Notes: generated from the sequence alone by a model not told the origin. DNA of 64,000 nt from an uncultured virus (IMG/VR IMGVR_UViG_3300048590_001227) (IMGVR_UViG_3300048590_001227), one strand, 5' to 3'. Shown: positions 54,839-64,000, counted from the first letter of the stretch. A program made the numbers and translations.

Positions 54839-55540
54839 TTAAATTCGCAAGCGATTTATTCCCATAATTCTTAGAACCAGCTCCTCGGAACCTACGATTC
54901 TCGCTGTATCGCGCCGATAAAATGGTCGGCAGGAATGCCAAGAGACGCCATTTAATCCCAGTTCCTCGGAAACCTTCTGAAGAAGTATCTTCGACTCTTT
55001 AAGGTCTACGTCCGCAAACAGTCGGTACTGGGCAATCTGCTTTCCAGAGCTTTGCCGCATATATTGTTTCACCTGCTTGGCTCTCCTGGTCGAGAGGAAT
55101 TTCCAGGTATGATCATCAAAGATCGGAATGGTTCGGGTGTTTTGGAATCCGATCCCTCCCTTGCTTTTGAAAGATAGTGGGACGAACAGCCCTCGCGCCA
55201 GATCATGGATTCGGGCCTGGTGTCGGACGACAAGGTATCCAAGGTACGGGATCGATTCAGAGCGCAGCTCGGGGTGTACGATTTGGCGGGTTTGACCTTC
55301 GTGTAGACCCTCGAAAGAGACTGCGATGAGCTCAAGAGCACGTAGCCCAGTTTTGGACATGCACCAGAAGAATTCGGCGGTCGGGCGATTCAGCACAACA
55401 AGAGAGTCATAGATACTTATAACTTCAGACTCATTGAGCACGCGGCCTTTCATGTCAAACTCCAAAATGACTTGTTTAGGAAATTTGAATCTTGATGGTT
55501 TTGTGCCCTTGTTCGGAGCTCTTCGATCGCGAGTGAACAT
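54839..55540 (-). pseudogene. Truncated/degenerate tyrosine recombinase catalytic domain
   Basis: TGLRALE and WHSCR present; LGH replaced by MGI; ORF stops before the catalytic Tyr; no N-terminal domains. Confidence 0.7.
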
Positions 55541-55666
55541 GAGTGAACATCATGCAGATAAAGGACGGAAAATAGAGATGCAAGAATACAAAGTCACTTT
55601 GCCGCCAACTCTTCGGTTTTATTGAATAAGTTGTGAATTGAGCTACCTTTTCTCGAAATCATCAAT

Positions 55667-55693
55667 CAGGTTCAAATCCTGCCCCCGCTACCA
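55667..55693 (+). other. att core: 3' fragment of initiator tRNA-Met (T arm + acceptor strand + CCA)
   Basis: CAGGTTCAAATCCTGCCCCCGCTACCA; the sequence upstream is not tRNA-like; lies between two integrase genes. Confidence 0.85.
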
Positions 55694-55743
55694 ACTCATC
55701 TTTCTGATTTCCCTCAGATAATTATAGTTTGTAGCTTTTAGAC

Positions 55744-55792
55744 CTTTGGTACTAAAACCGTTGTTCTTTGGTACTGAGGTACCAATGGTACT
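55744..55792 (+). repeat. Direct repeats next to att (candidate integrase arm-type sites)
   Basis: CTTTGGTACT at 55744 and 55766 (22-bp period); GGTACC at 55778; TGGTACT at 55786. Confidence 0.6.
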
Positions 55793-55804
55793 CAACGCCG
55801 GGCT

Positions 55805-57157
55805 ATGAGCAGCCGAAGTATCGCTTATACAAACGATTTAAGCGAGCGCAGAGCTGTGACTACCCTGAAAATCGACCCGCCCGAAAATGCGACGGACATC
55901 CGACCGTGGTACGTGCACGAGGACAAGACCATCAAGCCTCTTGGCATCGGCATCTCACGCTGGTATCGCGACGCAACCACCGGCAAGCAAAAGAGACAGC
56001 GCTTACCAACCAAGTATATCCGCGAGTTGGTGAAAGGGGACGAGGACGCCAGAAACCTTGTCCTTCGCCTGAATGGTAAAGACCCCAAAGAAGAGGCTGC
56101 GCGCCTCCGATATCAAGAACGCGTAGCGTGGATCTCTCCTGAACTTCTGCGTGCATACGAAAGCAAGGTCCGCAACAACTACACATCGGAAAAAGATTTC
56201 TCCACAGTCATGAACTACCTGCATCGGTACGTCCTGGACTTTTTTGTTAATCGCTTGAACGAGCCAGACGTCAGGATGTGGAAAGCTCGCCAAGACCTTT
56301 GGGGTACATACCTCCTTAACAAGGACGTGGCCGAAGACGATCCGCATAGAATCTTGGAGCCTGGGAAACTCTTTTCTAAGAAGGTCCTCAAGTACATTAT
56401 CAATGAAGCAAATCGCTTTCTGCGTTTCGTGCATAACCAAATGCCGTTGGAAGTTCCATATATCAAGTTAGAGCCTCTCGATAAAATGGCGCTTGTTAAC
56501 GCAGACGCTAAACGCATCCAGGTCAATGGTCGTAAACATCCCGGCGTCTACATCCCCCCAGCAAAGTTAACCAAGATTATGAAGCATCTTAAAGAAATCG
56601 CCGAGGCTCAGCCTTGGGCGAAGGCGGCATTGATTGCTTATTACTACGGGCTTCGAACCGCTGAGACTGTGGCTCTTGAGACCCAAAACATTAAGTCAGG
56701 CTATCTCTTGGTAGAGTCACAGTTCGTGTCCTGGGAGTTTGATGAGGAAGGCGAAGAGGACATGCAGGCTGTAAAGCATACTAGGTCGGTTAAGGACCGC
56801 GAGCAGCGAAAGGTACCTCACTGGATAAGCAAACCTAAAGAAACCTATGAACTCGTGACGTCAATCAACAAAGCCCGATTTACAGCCGAGTGGGCGTCAG
56901 ACCAGTTTACCGAGTTAACCCGAGAATTGTTCAAAGACGAGGGTATTATTTACCACCTTAAGGACCTACGCAAGACCTGGGTAACCAACATGCTCAAGAA
57001 GCAGAACCATGAGCAGGTTCGTCTGGCTGCGGGTCACTCGGATATTAAAACGACTTTAGGGCATTATGTCGAGGACGGGCGCGAAATGGATGACGAGATT
57101 TACTTGCCTGGGCAAGATGACGACGACGGCGGCCCCGACGTTGATCAGGTCGGCTGA
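55805..57157 (+). CDS. Tyrosine recombinase / integrase
   Basis: YGLRTAE, KDLRKT and AGHSDIKTTLGHY catalytic motifs; adjacent to att. Confidence 0.92.
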   Translation: MSSRSIAYTNDLSERRAVTTLKIDPPENATDIRPWYVHEDKTIKPLGIGISRWYRDATTGKQKRQRLPTKYIRELVKGDEDARNLVLRLNGKDPKEEAARLRYQERVAWISPELLRAYESKVRNNYTSEKDFSTVMNYLHRYVLDFFVNRLNEPDVRMWKARQDLWGTYLLNKDVAEDDPHRILEPGKLFSKKVLKYIINEANRFLRFVHNQMPLEVPYIKLEPLDKMALVNADAKRIQVNGRKHPGVYIPPAKLTKIMKHLKEIAEAQPWAKAALIAYYYGLRTAETVALETQNIKSGYLLVESQFVSWEFDEEGEEDMQAVKHTRSVKDREQRKVPHWISKPKETYELVTSINKARFTAEWASDQFTELTRELFKDEGIIYHLKDLRKTWVTNMLKKQNHEQVRLAAGHSDIKTTLGHYVEDGREMDDEIYLPGQDDDDGGPDVDQVG

Positions 57158-57219
57158 CCTTCATTCGTGATTCATCCCAGGACAGCATTCTGGGTATCAT
57201 AAACATAGGAGACCAAAGC

Positions 57220-57450
57220 ATGTCGAAGTTAACAGAAGAACAGAGGCAGCAGATTAAAGCTGCGGAGAAGCCGCAGGCGCAGTTGGCTAAAGAGTTTGGG
57301 GTGAGCGCGGTCACGATCGCCAAGATCAAGAGTAGCGGCCAACCTAAACCGACGCCCAGCAGTATAGAGCTTACGGTGGATGGAGACTGGGTGACCGTAA
57401 GGCTGCCCAAGAAGGCCCTGACCAAGAAACTGCTTGCTGACCTCCTTTAA
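57220..57450 (+). CDS. Small HTH DNA-binding protein
   Basis: QAQLAKEFGVSAVTIAKIK; AGGAG RBS. Confidence 0.8.
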   Translation: MSKLTEEQRQQIKAAEKPQAQLAKEFGVSAVTIAKIKSSGQPKPTPSSIELTVDGDWVTVRLPKKALTKKLLADLL

Positions 57451-57636
57451 TCTGCTCGACTGCCTCAAGGATGAGGCGTCCAATCGAAACATTTCCCCAC
57501 GGTTCTATATTCAGCACATACGTACAACTCGTATGTATAGGTCGTATGTACGTTCAGTGCGCCTTGTTGTGCGCATGAAGTTCGTTTTGCTTTTGGCCGA
57601 CAAGAAGGAGGCGTAACAGGTCTTAGGGGGAGTGGC

Positions 57637-58089
57637 GTGAGCGAGATAAAGAAAATCATTGCCGATTGTTGGTCCGAGCTGCGCCCAGTTCAGAGTCGCA
57701 TGACTGAGGAAGAGGCCGAATGGTTTCGTAACTTTCTCCGCGCATATTATTTCGAAAGTCGTACAGCTGCAGCTGTTATTGCGCCGACAGACAAGGCTTA
57801 TCTTGCTGTGCTGGCAACCTCGTCCACCCAGAGAAGGCTGATAAAGTGGTTGTTGAAAGGTGGCAAGAATGACCTTCAGGTTCCCGATGGTGTGACTATC
57901 AAAGTAAAATCTAGGAGGCGAGGAAGCGAATGCCACCTGGAAGACATTTTGATTGAAGTATTGGATGATATCAGACCCAAGAGCCCAGAGAAGAGGGCCG
58001 AAACACCCCGAAGGGTATTCACCTCGGCTCGGTTTAGCGCCCTGGACCTGCGGCTGATTGAGGTTCATTACAGGCTGACGCCGTGGTAA
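57637..58089 (+). CDS. Hypothetical protein
   Basis: GGGGAG RBS before GTG; 150 aa. Confidence 0.55.
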   Translation: MSEIKKIIADCWSELRPVQSRMTEEEAEWFRNFLRAYYFESRTAAAVIAPTDKAYLAVLATSSTQRRLIKWLLKGGKNDLQVPDGVTIKVKSRRRGSECHLEDILIEVLDDIRPKSPEKRAETPRRVFTSARFSALDLRLIEVHYRLTPW

Positions 58090-58099
58090 AGTCTGCCGC

Positions 58100-58486
58100 C
58101 TACGGGTGAATGTTGACGTCCATATCCCAATTGCTGAGCGTGCCGCTTTCGTTTGGGTGTAGCCGGGAGAACTGAAGAGTCACCGTATGCTTCGCTGCTG
58201 AAAGGTCGGTTACTTCTCCGATAATTTCGCCGAGGGCCTTGTAGTTGGCTTGGACCTCGGTGGCTGCTTCTTTTTGCCGGTCTTTGGACCAAACACGTTT
58301 CCCGAGCTGTGCCTTTACCATATACCCTGCAAGGGCCGGGTCATTACCCAGGGTCTTGGTTACATGCTCAAACACTTCAGCCTCAGACATGGCAGGCTTT
58401 TCCTCGGAGGCAGAGGTTACCGCTGGCTTTTCGACCCCGGCGCACGCGGTTGCTGTGAGTGCTATCAGAGCAGGCAAGAACTTCAT
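58100..58486 (-). CDS. Lipoprotein
   Basis: MKFLPALIALTATAC lipobox; AAGGA RBS. Confidence 0.8.
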   Translation of the reverse strand: MKFLPALIALTATACAGVEKPAVTSASEEKPAMSEAEVFEHVTKTLGNDPALAGYMVKAQLGKRVWSKDRQKEAATEVQANYKALGEIIGEVTDLSAAKHTVTLQFSRLHPNESGTLSNWDMDVNIHP

Positions 58487-58611
58487 TCCTTATCTCCCTC
58501 ATTGCGAATGAATCAACTCGGGGAGACTATAACCGCGCCGCCGCGAAGGCAACGGAGGTAAACCGCTCACGTCAGGGCGTCGGGTCTGCTTCGACCCGCC
58601 ACGACGCAAAC

Positions 58612-58818
58612 CTATCCTGCTTTACCAGTCTTGATACGCTCCAGAGCTTCACGTATAGCCCCTTCCATCAGAGCCGCAAACTTGCCCTCAAGGTAAGGGG
58701 ACGCTTCGTCATATAGGTCTTGGTCGATCTTGACTGTTAGCCTGTACAGCTGCTTTTTCGGGCGAGGTGCGAGCGCGGCGTCAATGTAGTCGCGGCCCTT
58801 CTCTGCTTTTTTACGCAC
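58612..58818 (-). CDS. Small ribbon-helix-helix-like protein
   Basis: RLTVKIDQDLYDEA…LMEGAIREAL strand-helix-helix pattern. Confidence 0.65.
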   Translation of the reverse strand: MRKKAEKGRDYIDAALAPRPKKQLYRLTVKIDQDLYDEASPYLEGKFAALMEGAIREALERIKTGKAG

Positions 58819-58999
58819 AGTAATGTTTCCCTTTTGGCTGCTAATCCATTCAAACTTTAATCACGTTCCAGCTATCGGCAGTTTCAGCTGCACTATTAAG
58901 GTTGTACCGGTTGGTTGTACCAATTGGTTTAACTTCGGGGGCTTCGATTTCGATAAGTCTCATGTAAGCAGCGGCGGTGCTGCCACAAGGAGCGCAAAC

Positions 59000-59167
59000 A
59001 TGAAACCACTCATCATTGAAGTCAGAACCTCACGCTCTCACGGTCTGGAAGTTTACCGCGTGCTCGTTAACGGCACCATAATGAACGAATACCTTTCGCG
59101 CGAAATGGCCAATGCCAAAGCTCGGAAGTACGTGCAGGCATGGAACCATGAGACCTTGGTGCGCTAA
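59000..59167 (+). CDS. Small hypothetical protein
   Basis: AAGGAG RBS before MKPLIIEVR; 55 aa. Confidence 0.6.
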   Translation: MKPLIIEVRTSRSHGLEVYRVLVNGTIMNEYLSREMANAKARKYVQAWNHETLVR

Positions 59168-59188
59168 CCTTTCGTCGGAGGCGATGCT

Positions 59189-59668
59189 ATGGACAAGATG
59201 CGAAAACACAAACTCAGCTTGGTCAAATGCGAACCGTCGGCATCCGTTTTGGACGTTAATCCTACAAACTCCGTCTCCACAGACAAGTTTACTGTTACCA
59301 AACAGGAATTCGAACTCGCCGGCCACGTACAGGTTTGGCTCTTGTTCCTCGGCGGTGGGATGAGGCTTGAAGGTCTTTCAGATTTAACCAAGGTCGATAT
59401 ATCTGAACTGAAAACTTGGGCGCTGCGCGAGCGCCTGCTGTGGGTGGATGACGAGGGTTACTATTTTCTATACCTCTCTGCTCTGCCTCTTGTCTGGGCT
59501 GCATTCGCAGATAAATCTCGCGCTTGCCGAGTCCACCATGAAGTTTACTCTCATTACGAGAAGAGGGCAGAGGACGGTAGCCGAGTTCGAGAGTGGGTGA
59601 AAGAGTGCGCATCAACTCCGCGGTGGACGACTAAGAATAGACTCGCGCCTCGGCTTCGTTCCGTATGA
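59189..59668 (+). CDS. Hypothetical protein
   Basis: GGAGG RBS; 159 aa. Confidence 0.6.
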   Translation: MDKMRKHKLSLVKCEPSASVLDVNPTNSVSTDKFTVTKQEFELAGHVQVWLLFLGGGMRLEGLSDLTKVDISELKTWALRERLLWVDDEGYYFLYLSALPLVWAAFADKSRACRVHHEVYSHYEKRAEDGSRVREWVKECASTPRWTTKNRLAPRLRSV

Positions 59669-59891
59669 AGAGACACAGCCGACCCCTCTGAGTTAATGAG
59701 GTGTCGTGCTGCTGGCAATAGCCGTACAAACCATAAACGGCCAATAGTATAAGGATTTGTTTCTACAAGGCACGCCGGACGGCCTTATTGTTGCAAATGT
59801 AATCATCTGGTATACTTTGCAGTTCAACTTTAGGCGCAACCTCGGTCACTTCTCGACCGCGAATACGCGCCCCGTACGTAGGGGATTGAGC

Positions 59892-60137
59892 ATGCTGTAC
59901 CCTGATACGACAGCAGAAGAATGGTCACGAAAATACAGTCTCAAGACTTACCACGTAAATTGCAAGAACTGCGGAACAAGCAACACTCCTACTCGTCCGT
60001 TTGTTACCAAAGACTCAGCAGGGCTGTGTATTGAAAACTGTATTCAGTGTGGTGCCACGCTACGCCTTTACTCATCCGTTCCTAGAAGCCCTGAAGCGGA
60101 AAAAGAATGGAAAAATATTTTGTCAGGGCTAGAGTAA
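59892..60137 (+). CDS. Small Zn-ribbon protein
   Basis: CKNC…CIQC; AGGGG RBS. Confidence 0.65.
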   Translation: MLYPDTTAEEWSRKYSLKTYHVNCKNCGTSNTPTRPFVTKDSAGLCIENCIQCGATLRLYSSVPRSPEAEKEWKNILSGLE

Positions 60138-60141
60138 GCGT

Positions 60142-60687
60142 TTACCTCACATACGTAATTCTGAGACGCACCGCCTGATCAATGAATTCTTGGGTAAACA
60201 GTACCCGTAAATCCAAATGATAATTTGCAAGCCCTGTGGCAGCTACATGACTCCCGGCTGACAGAGCTTTCAAGTATGGCGGCTGTGGGTGCCCTGGCTT
60301 TTGAATAACATGGTTGACCATTCTATCGTGCGCTGTTTTGGTCATGGCTTTGATAAAGGCTTTTGTCATTCGTTCCGCTTTCGGTTGAGAAAATGTTGTT
60401 CCTGTTAAATCGAGATTTAATTGATACACCGTTTTAGTTCGACCTCCTGGAACTAAAGGCGGCATAACCGTAAAAACTACCTCAAACAAGATAGTGTGAA
60501 GGGTCTGACCAACTGTGAAGCACATTGCGCCAACTAAGTCGTTTCCAATTTTTCCTTGCACGCCGCGAACAGAATAGCTGTGTTGGCCGACTTTGAATTT
60601 TGCGTTGAGCGATCCCGTGTTCTTGTATCCGTTTGTAATGGTGTAGGCCGTGTTTCTTTCAATTATAGCTTTGGCAATATTAGCCAT
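60142..60687 (-). CDS. Hypothetical protein
   Basis: Strong AAGGAGG RBS; 181 aa. Confidence 0.7.
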   Translation of the reverse strand: MANIAKAIIERNTAYTITNGYKNTGSLNAKFKVGQHSYSVRGVQGKIGNDLVGAMCFTVGQTLHTILFEVVFTVMPPLVPGGRTKTVYQLNLDLTGTTFSQPKAERMTKAFIKAMTKTAHDRMVNHVIQKPGHPQPPYLKALSAGSHVAATGLANYHLDLRVLFTQEFIDQAVRLRITYVR

Positions 60688-61025
60688 GTGACACCCTCCT
60701 TTCCGTCCCCCTTCGCCAAACGACGTCAACCCCTTTAACAGCGGTATCCACGGTCGCGGTTAAGAAATGTTTCCCAGCAATGTAAGCCCCTTCCCTGGCT
60801 TAGGGTGTACCTTCATAAGCGTTCGATTGCCTGCAATTCGCTTCGGGCTTTAATGCCAGACAAGCCTTTAAAAACCAATATTTCAGAGCTTAGATTGGTG
60901 GCGGCAGAGAGCTTCGACCAGAATTCCTGCCGAATAACCTGGTCGGCCTGGTCACTTGCCTGGCTCGCTGAATTTCAGGACCTTAAACTCCGATGAGTTC
61001 TGCAGATTCAGGAGGGTGAGAGTTT

Positions 61026-61565
61026 ATGAAAGGTCTATTCTTGGTGCTTCTTTTGGTGGGTTGTGGATCCGATCAAACGGATGACAGCACAGTGTCGCCT
61101 TCTCAAGAAACTGCAGCCTCTCAAACAACTCAGAAGACGACGGACGCCGCTGAAGCCTCCGAGCCCGAGAGCGACGTGACTGAGACTGTCACCACGCCAG
61201 CGCTCAAAGAGAAGTATTACGTGCGCTTCTATTATGTCGCCGAAGACGAGCAGGTCAACGCTACGACGTGCGCGATCAAGACCGTTGGCCTTGCGATGGA
61301 ATACCAAATCAAGAACCTGACAAAGGTGAAATTCGACCTCTTGAAGGAACGCAGCGACTGCAAGATCGATAGTGTCCATGAGTATGAGACGGGAAACAAT
61401 TACGAGCTGCGTTGTGACCTGACTGACAATTACATGTACTTCGACGCGACTTGTGGCGCGAGTCAGACGGTCCAGTTCAAACACTACTACCGACCAAATC
61501 TTGAGAGTTGGGGTACAAGCGCGATGCCGGAACCGGGATATGCCAGCGGCGGTACCAGTAAATGA
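61026..61565 (+). CDS. Lipoprotein with Ser/Thr-rich linker and four-Cys domain
   Basis: LVGC lipobox; low-complexity spacer. Confidence 0.8.
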   Translation: MKGLFLVLLLVGCGSDQTDDSTVSPSQETAASQTTQKTTDAAEASEPESDVTETVTTPALKEKYYVRFYYVAEDEQVNATTCAIKTVGLAMEYQIKNLTKVKFDLLKERSDCKIDSVHEYETGNNYELRCDLTDNYMYFDATCGASQTVQFKHYYRPNLESWGTSAMPEPGYASGGTSK

Positions 61566-61640
61566 ACGTGGTGGAAACAACTCAAATCACTAAAGTTTTC
61601 ACCGAAATTTCCGATAGTAGTCAAGTCAGGAGAGGCCATT

Positions 61641-61820
61641 ATGGACGACAAAAAGCAAATCAAGATTCGCTTCACCGTTGAAGAGGCTGAAGCAATCGCT
61701 AGCGCGGTGAACCAGCAGCCAGGCGAGTCATTGACCGCAGCGTTGAAGAAATTTTTCGATAACAGAGGTCGCAAAGAGGCCCAAGCAAATGACAAAGATA
61801 AGCACCCTACTCGAATTTGA
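61641..61820 (+). CDS. Small ribbon-helix-helix-like protein (below ORF-track cutoff)
   Basis: AGGAGAGG RBS; MDDKKQIKIRFTVEEAEAIASAVNQQPGESLTAALKKFF…; overlaps the start of the next gene. Confidence 0.65.
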   Translation: MDDKKQIKIRFTVEEAEAIASAVNQQPGESLTAALKKFFDNRGRKEAQANDKDKHPTRI

Positions 61821-62601
61821 TTCAGACACTGAGGAATTATCAGATGACGAGCTTGCAGAGCTTGATCGTTTATATGGTCACGACCTCCGTATTCCAGAGC
61901 CCCCTTGGAGAAATCCGCTAGCAAAGAAAGAGTCTGAACTTGTCTTAAAGTCTTTCACGGACCAGAACCCAGGTGACACAAGAAAAGCAGATTTCTATAT
62001 CTCATGGTTGGCCAAAAGATATGAGTGTGCTCCTGAGAAAGTCCATAGCGCCATTGTCTATGACTTTAATCGAGGTTCAACAGCATGGGCCGCATTCAAC
62101 TTTAGATTCGACGATAGCTACCAGTTTGCTCATAAGAGGCTCTTCCCGCAGACTGGCAAGGTCCGAAAGTACCAAGTTTATTTGTGGGAAGGTCGAGCTA
62201 TCTCAGAGGATGATGCTAAGAAGTTAGGTGTGAAAGCTGTCGAGCGCGAAAAGAAGTTGCGTGCCATAGGGCAGCTATTCGTGCTGGTTCTCATAGAACC
62301 GCCTCGCCCGTTCCTCAAAGAAGCAACCAAGAAACTTCATAACTTGACACACTCGCAAATTGAGGTGGTTGGTGCAGAGGCAAAAGCGTGGCTGCTCGAC
62401 TGGCGAAGCAATGGCAAGAGGCCAAGTCTGGACACCCTGCGGCTGAGGTTCTGGGACTTGATGCTGCAAGAGGTTTACGGTGAGGGCGCGTACGCGGGGC
62501 AACGCCTCGTGCCGCCGTCCAAGAAGCTCGAAAATTTTGAAAATTTATGTTTGAATAACAAGGACATAGTCTTGTCGGTGGCCAGTATATATAAGAGATA
62601 A
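61789..62601 (+). CDS. Hypothetical protein (possible replication protein of the island)
   Basis: 270 aa; preceded by an RHH-like gene and followed by an AT-rich tract at 62585-62640. Confidence 0.6.
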   Translation: MTKISTLLEFDSDTEELSDDELAELDRLYGHDLRIPEPPWRNPLAKKESELVLKSFTDQNPGDTRKADFYISWLAKRYECAPEKVHSAIVYDFNRGSTAWAAFNFRFDDSYQFAHKRLFPQTGKVRKYQVYLWEGRAISEDDAKKLGVKAVEREKKLRAIGQLFVLVLIEPPRPFLKEATKKLHNLTHSQIEVVGAEAKAWLLDWRSNGKRPSLDTLRLRFWDLMLQEVYGEGAYAGQRLVPPSKKLENFENLCLNNKDIVLSVASIYKR

Positions 62602-63062
62602 GGAAATCTTAATATTATTAGTAGTATAGTAGAATATAAGACTCTGCGTCGCGCCGACGAAAGTGACTATGGGAGAGTGTTTGGGAGCTACGAGTCATCT
62701 TGGTGCTGACAATGGCTTTGCGAGGCTTGGCGGGCCATTTCCGCCACTCTGAGCGGCATGCGAGGTCCAGGACGCCGGGCGCGTTTCCGCCTCTACCTTC
62801 CACAGCACCACTGTTAAACCCTGACTCCCCATCGCGCGAGCCACGATATCATTAACTATTTCGCTGTCTGATACGGCGTCTTGTGTCTCTGCGATATTGG
62901 GAGCTTACGGACACATACCTTTGCTGATTCTCGCCGAATAATGCGATTGCGCATCCTAAAACCCCGCCACATCAAGAGAATCCACACACAAGACATAGCG
63001 GAAAGCCTCGTCCGACGTCTTGCAAGATATTATAATTATTAGAAGCGATTGAGCGGAGAACG

Positions 63063-63392
63063 TTAGAAATAGCACAAAGATACTGCAATTGAAGGCGGGC
63101 CCGTTTTCACTGCCTCAGCAACGTCCCACAGCTGGCTGTAGATTGCTCGGGCTTCGGGAGTACCGACGAGGCGCACGAGTTCGCGAATGGTTTCTTTTGG
63201 CAAGAAGTTCACGCGAGCGGAGTTGAGGTGTATGAGGCCTTCTTTCTTTAGGGTTCTGCGGGCATCGACACTCACAGTGACGATGTTAAGACTGTGCCGC
63301 GCGGTATGCATGCGTAGTGTCTGTCCCTCAACACCCAATACCTTCGCCAGCTCCGGCAACAACATCCCCTCTTGCCCACCAATCGTCAACAA
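63063..63392 (-). pseudogene. Antirepressor-N-terminal-domain-like fragment, paralogous to 38766..39110
   Basis: ELAKVLGVEGQTLR…LKKEGLIH…LVGTPEA; no good RBS or ATG start. Confidence 0.5.
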
Positions 63393-63431
63393 GACAGCAC
63401 TCAGGCCGTTTGCCGGCGGGGAGCAAGATCG

Positions 63432-63705
63432 TCACGGGGCCGCGCGCTTCATTTGCTCGTATCGAATGCGGGAGTGGCTGATGCCTGACGCCTTCGCTGC
63501 CTGCCGCACGCTCTCGCCACCGGCAACCATCGCAAGGGCTGCGTCCAGGTCCCTGGTCGGTATTCGCTGTGGACGGCCCCCAACGCGTCCCTGGGCCTTC
63601 GCAGAGGCGAGCCCGGCCTTGGTCCTTTCCCGGGAGCATCTCGCGCTCCATGGTCGCTACAGCAGCCAGAATCGAGAGTACGAGCGCTCGAGCGTCGCCT
63701 ATAAT
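63432..63705 (-). pseudogene. Serine resolvase/invertase remnant with a frameshift
   Basis: ALVLSILAAVATMEREML, then an extra base at 63632-63634, then RERTKAGLASAKAQGRVGGRP…HTH; N-terminal catalytic part not recognisable. Confidence 0.8.
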
Positions 63706-63749
63706 TGAGAGAAGTCAAATCAGCAAGAACTGTAGCGAGGTGATTCCAA

Positions 63750-64000
63750 GTGAGTGAGCGTAAAGATCCAACAAGCTGGCCGTGGTGGGGATACGGGCTC
63801 CTAATCTTGGCTTTAGGGTTGTGGCTTGTGTACAAGAACAACATCAGCTGGATTTCAGGCCAAGCTGGAGTAGACAGGCAGGGTCAGTTTGGAGATATGT
63901 TCGGAGCACTCAACACTCTGATAACGACGTTCGGTTTCGTCGGTCTGCTCATTTCGCTCCACCTCCAACGTAAACAGTTTCAAGCCTCCCTGTCTGATAT
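63750..64000 (+). CDS. Membrane protein with GQFGDMFGALN motif (putative abortive-infection-type N-terminus), runs off window
   Basis: GAGGTG RBS; MSERKDPTSWPWWGYGLLILALGLWLVY…GQFGDMFGALNTLITTFGFVGLLISLHLQRKQ; not in ORF track. Confidence 0.7.
   Translation, partial: MSERKDPTSWPWWGYGLLILALGLWLVYKNNISWISGQAGVDRQGQFGDMFGALNTLITTFGFVGLLISLHLQRKQFQASLSD

Larger units (their letters stand above)
1..55693 (-). mobile_element. Temperate prophage (lambda-like head, P2-like contractile tail) with large cargo; left end outside window, right end at tRNA-derived att core
   Basis: Ordered head, tail, lysis, recombination and replication genes on the minus strand; tRNA 3' fragment at 55667-55693. The 49-55.6 kb part could belong to a separate related remnant. 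Confidence 0.85.
55694..64000. mobile_element. Second integrative element (island/satellite-like); right end outside window
   Basis: Intact integrase next to the att core; small DNA-binding genes, lipoproteins and a resolvase remnant; no virion genes seen. Confidence 0.6.

Noticed and set aside
55640..55693. Complete tRNA gene
   Set aside because: Only the T arm, acceptor 3' strand and CCA are present; there is no D arm or anticodon arm upstream, so it is treated as an att remnant.
63187..63708. 173-aa plus-strand ORF
   Set aside because: Reverse-frame shadow of the resolvase and antirepressor remnants.
1..64000. Diversity-generating retroelement, retron or IS transposase
   Set aside because: No reverse transcriptase (YxDD in RT context) or DDE transposase ORF was recognised, and no template/variable repeat pair was seen by eye.

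Overview
The window contains no housekeeping genes and is almost entirely mobile DNA. Positions 1 to ~55.7 kb are a large temperate prophage, mostly on the minus strand, whose left end lies outside the window. It has a lambda-like head and packaging module (TerS, GpA terminase, gpW, portal, S49 protease, decoration protein, gpE capsid, candidate cos) joined to a P2-like contractile tail. The tail includes a sheath split into two in-frame ORFs and a -1 frameshift chaperone. It has no classical tail fibre gene but ends in signal-peptide-bearing collagen-like genes. Between the packaging genes and the lysis/recombination/replication genes (GH108 lysin, RusA, SSB, Bet, RecE-like exonuclease, HTH replication initiator) is about 15 kb of cargo: a three-gene nuclease-containing putative defence operon, a heavy-metal efflux island (CzcCBA/Cnr-type RND plus P1B ATPase and His-rich small proteins), an antirepressor and an outer-membrane beta-barrel. 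No CI/S24 repressor is visible. Instead, two related modules (HTH regulator + small Gly-motif secreted protein + stand-alone receiver) face each other across a four-gene polymorphic-toxin operon. That operon encodes a lipoprotein, a secreted helical protein, a lipoprotein-trypsin-Gly linker-PT-TG-WHH nuclease toxin and a SUKH immunity protein, and is the strongest candidate for an undescribed system. A 27-bp initiator tRNA-Met 3' fragment (att core) at 55667-55693 separates a decayed integrase from an intact one. The intact integrase starts a second island that has no structural genes in the window. The protein types suggest a Bdellovibrionota/Oligoflexia-like host, which is inference only. 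All family assignments come from motif recognition by eye; no searches were run.
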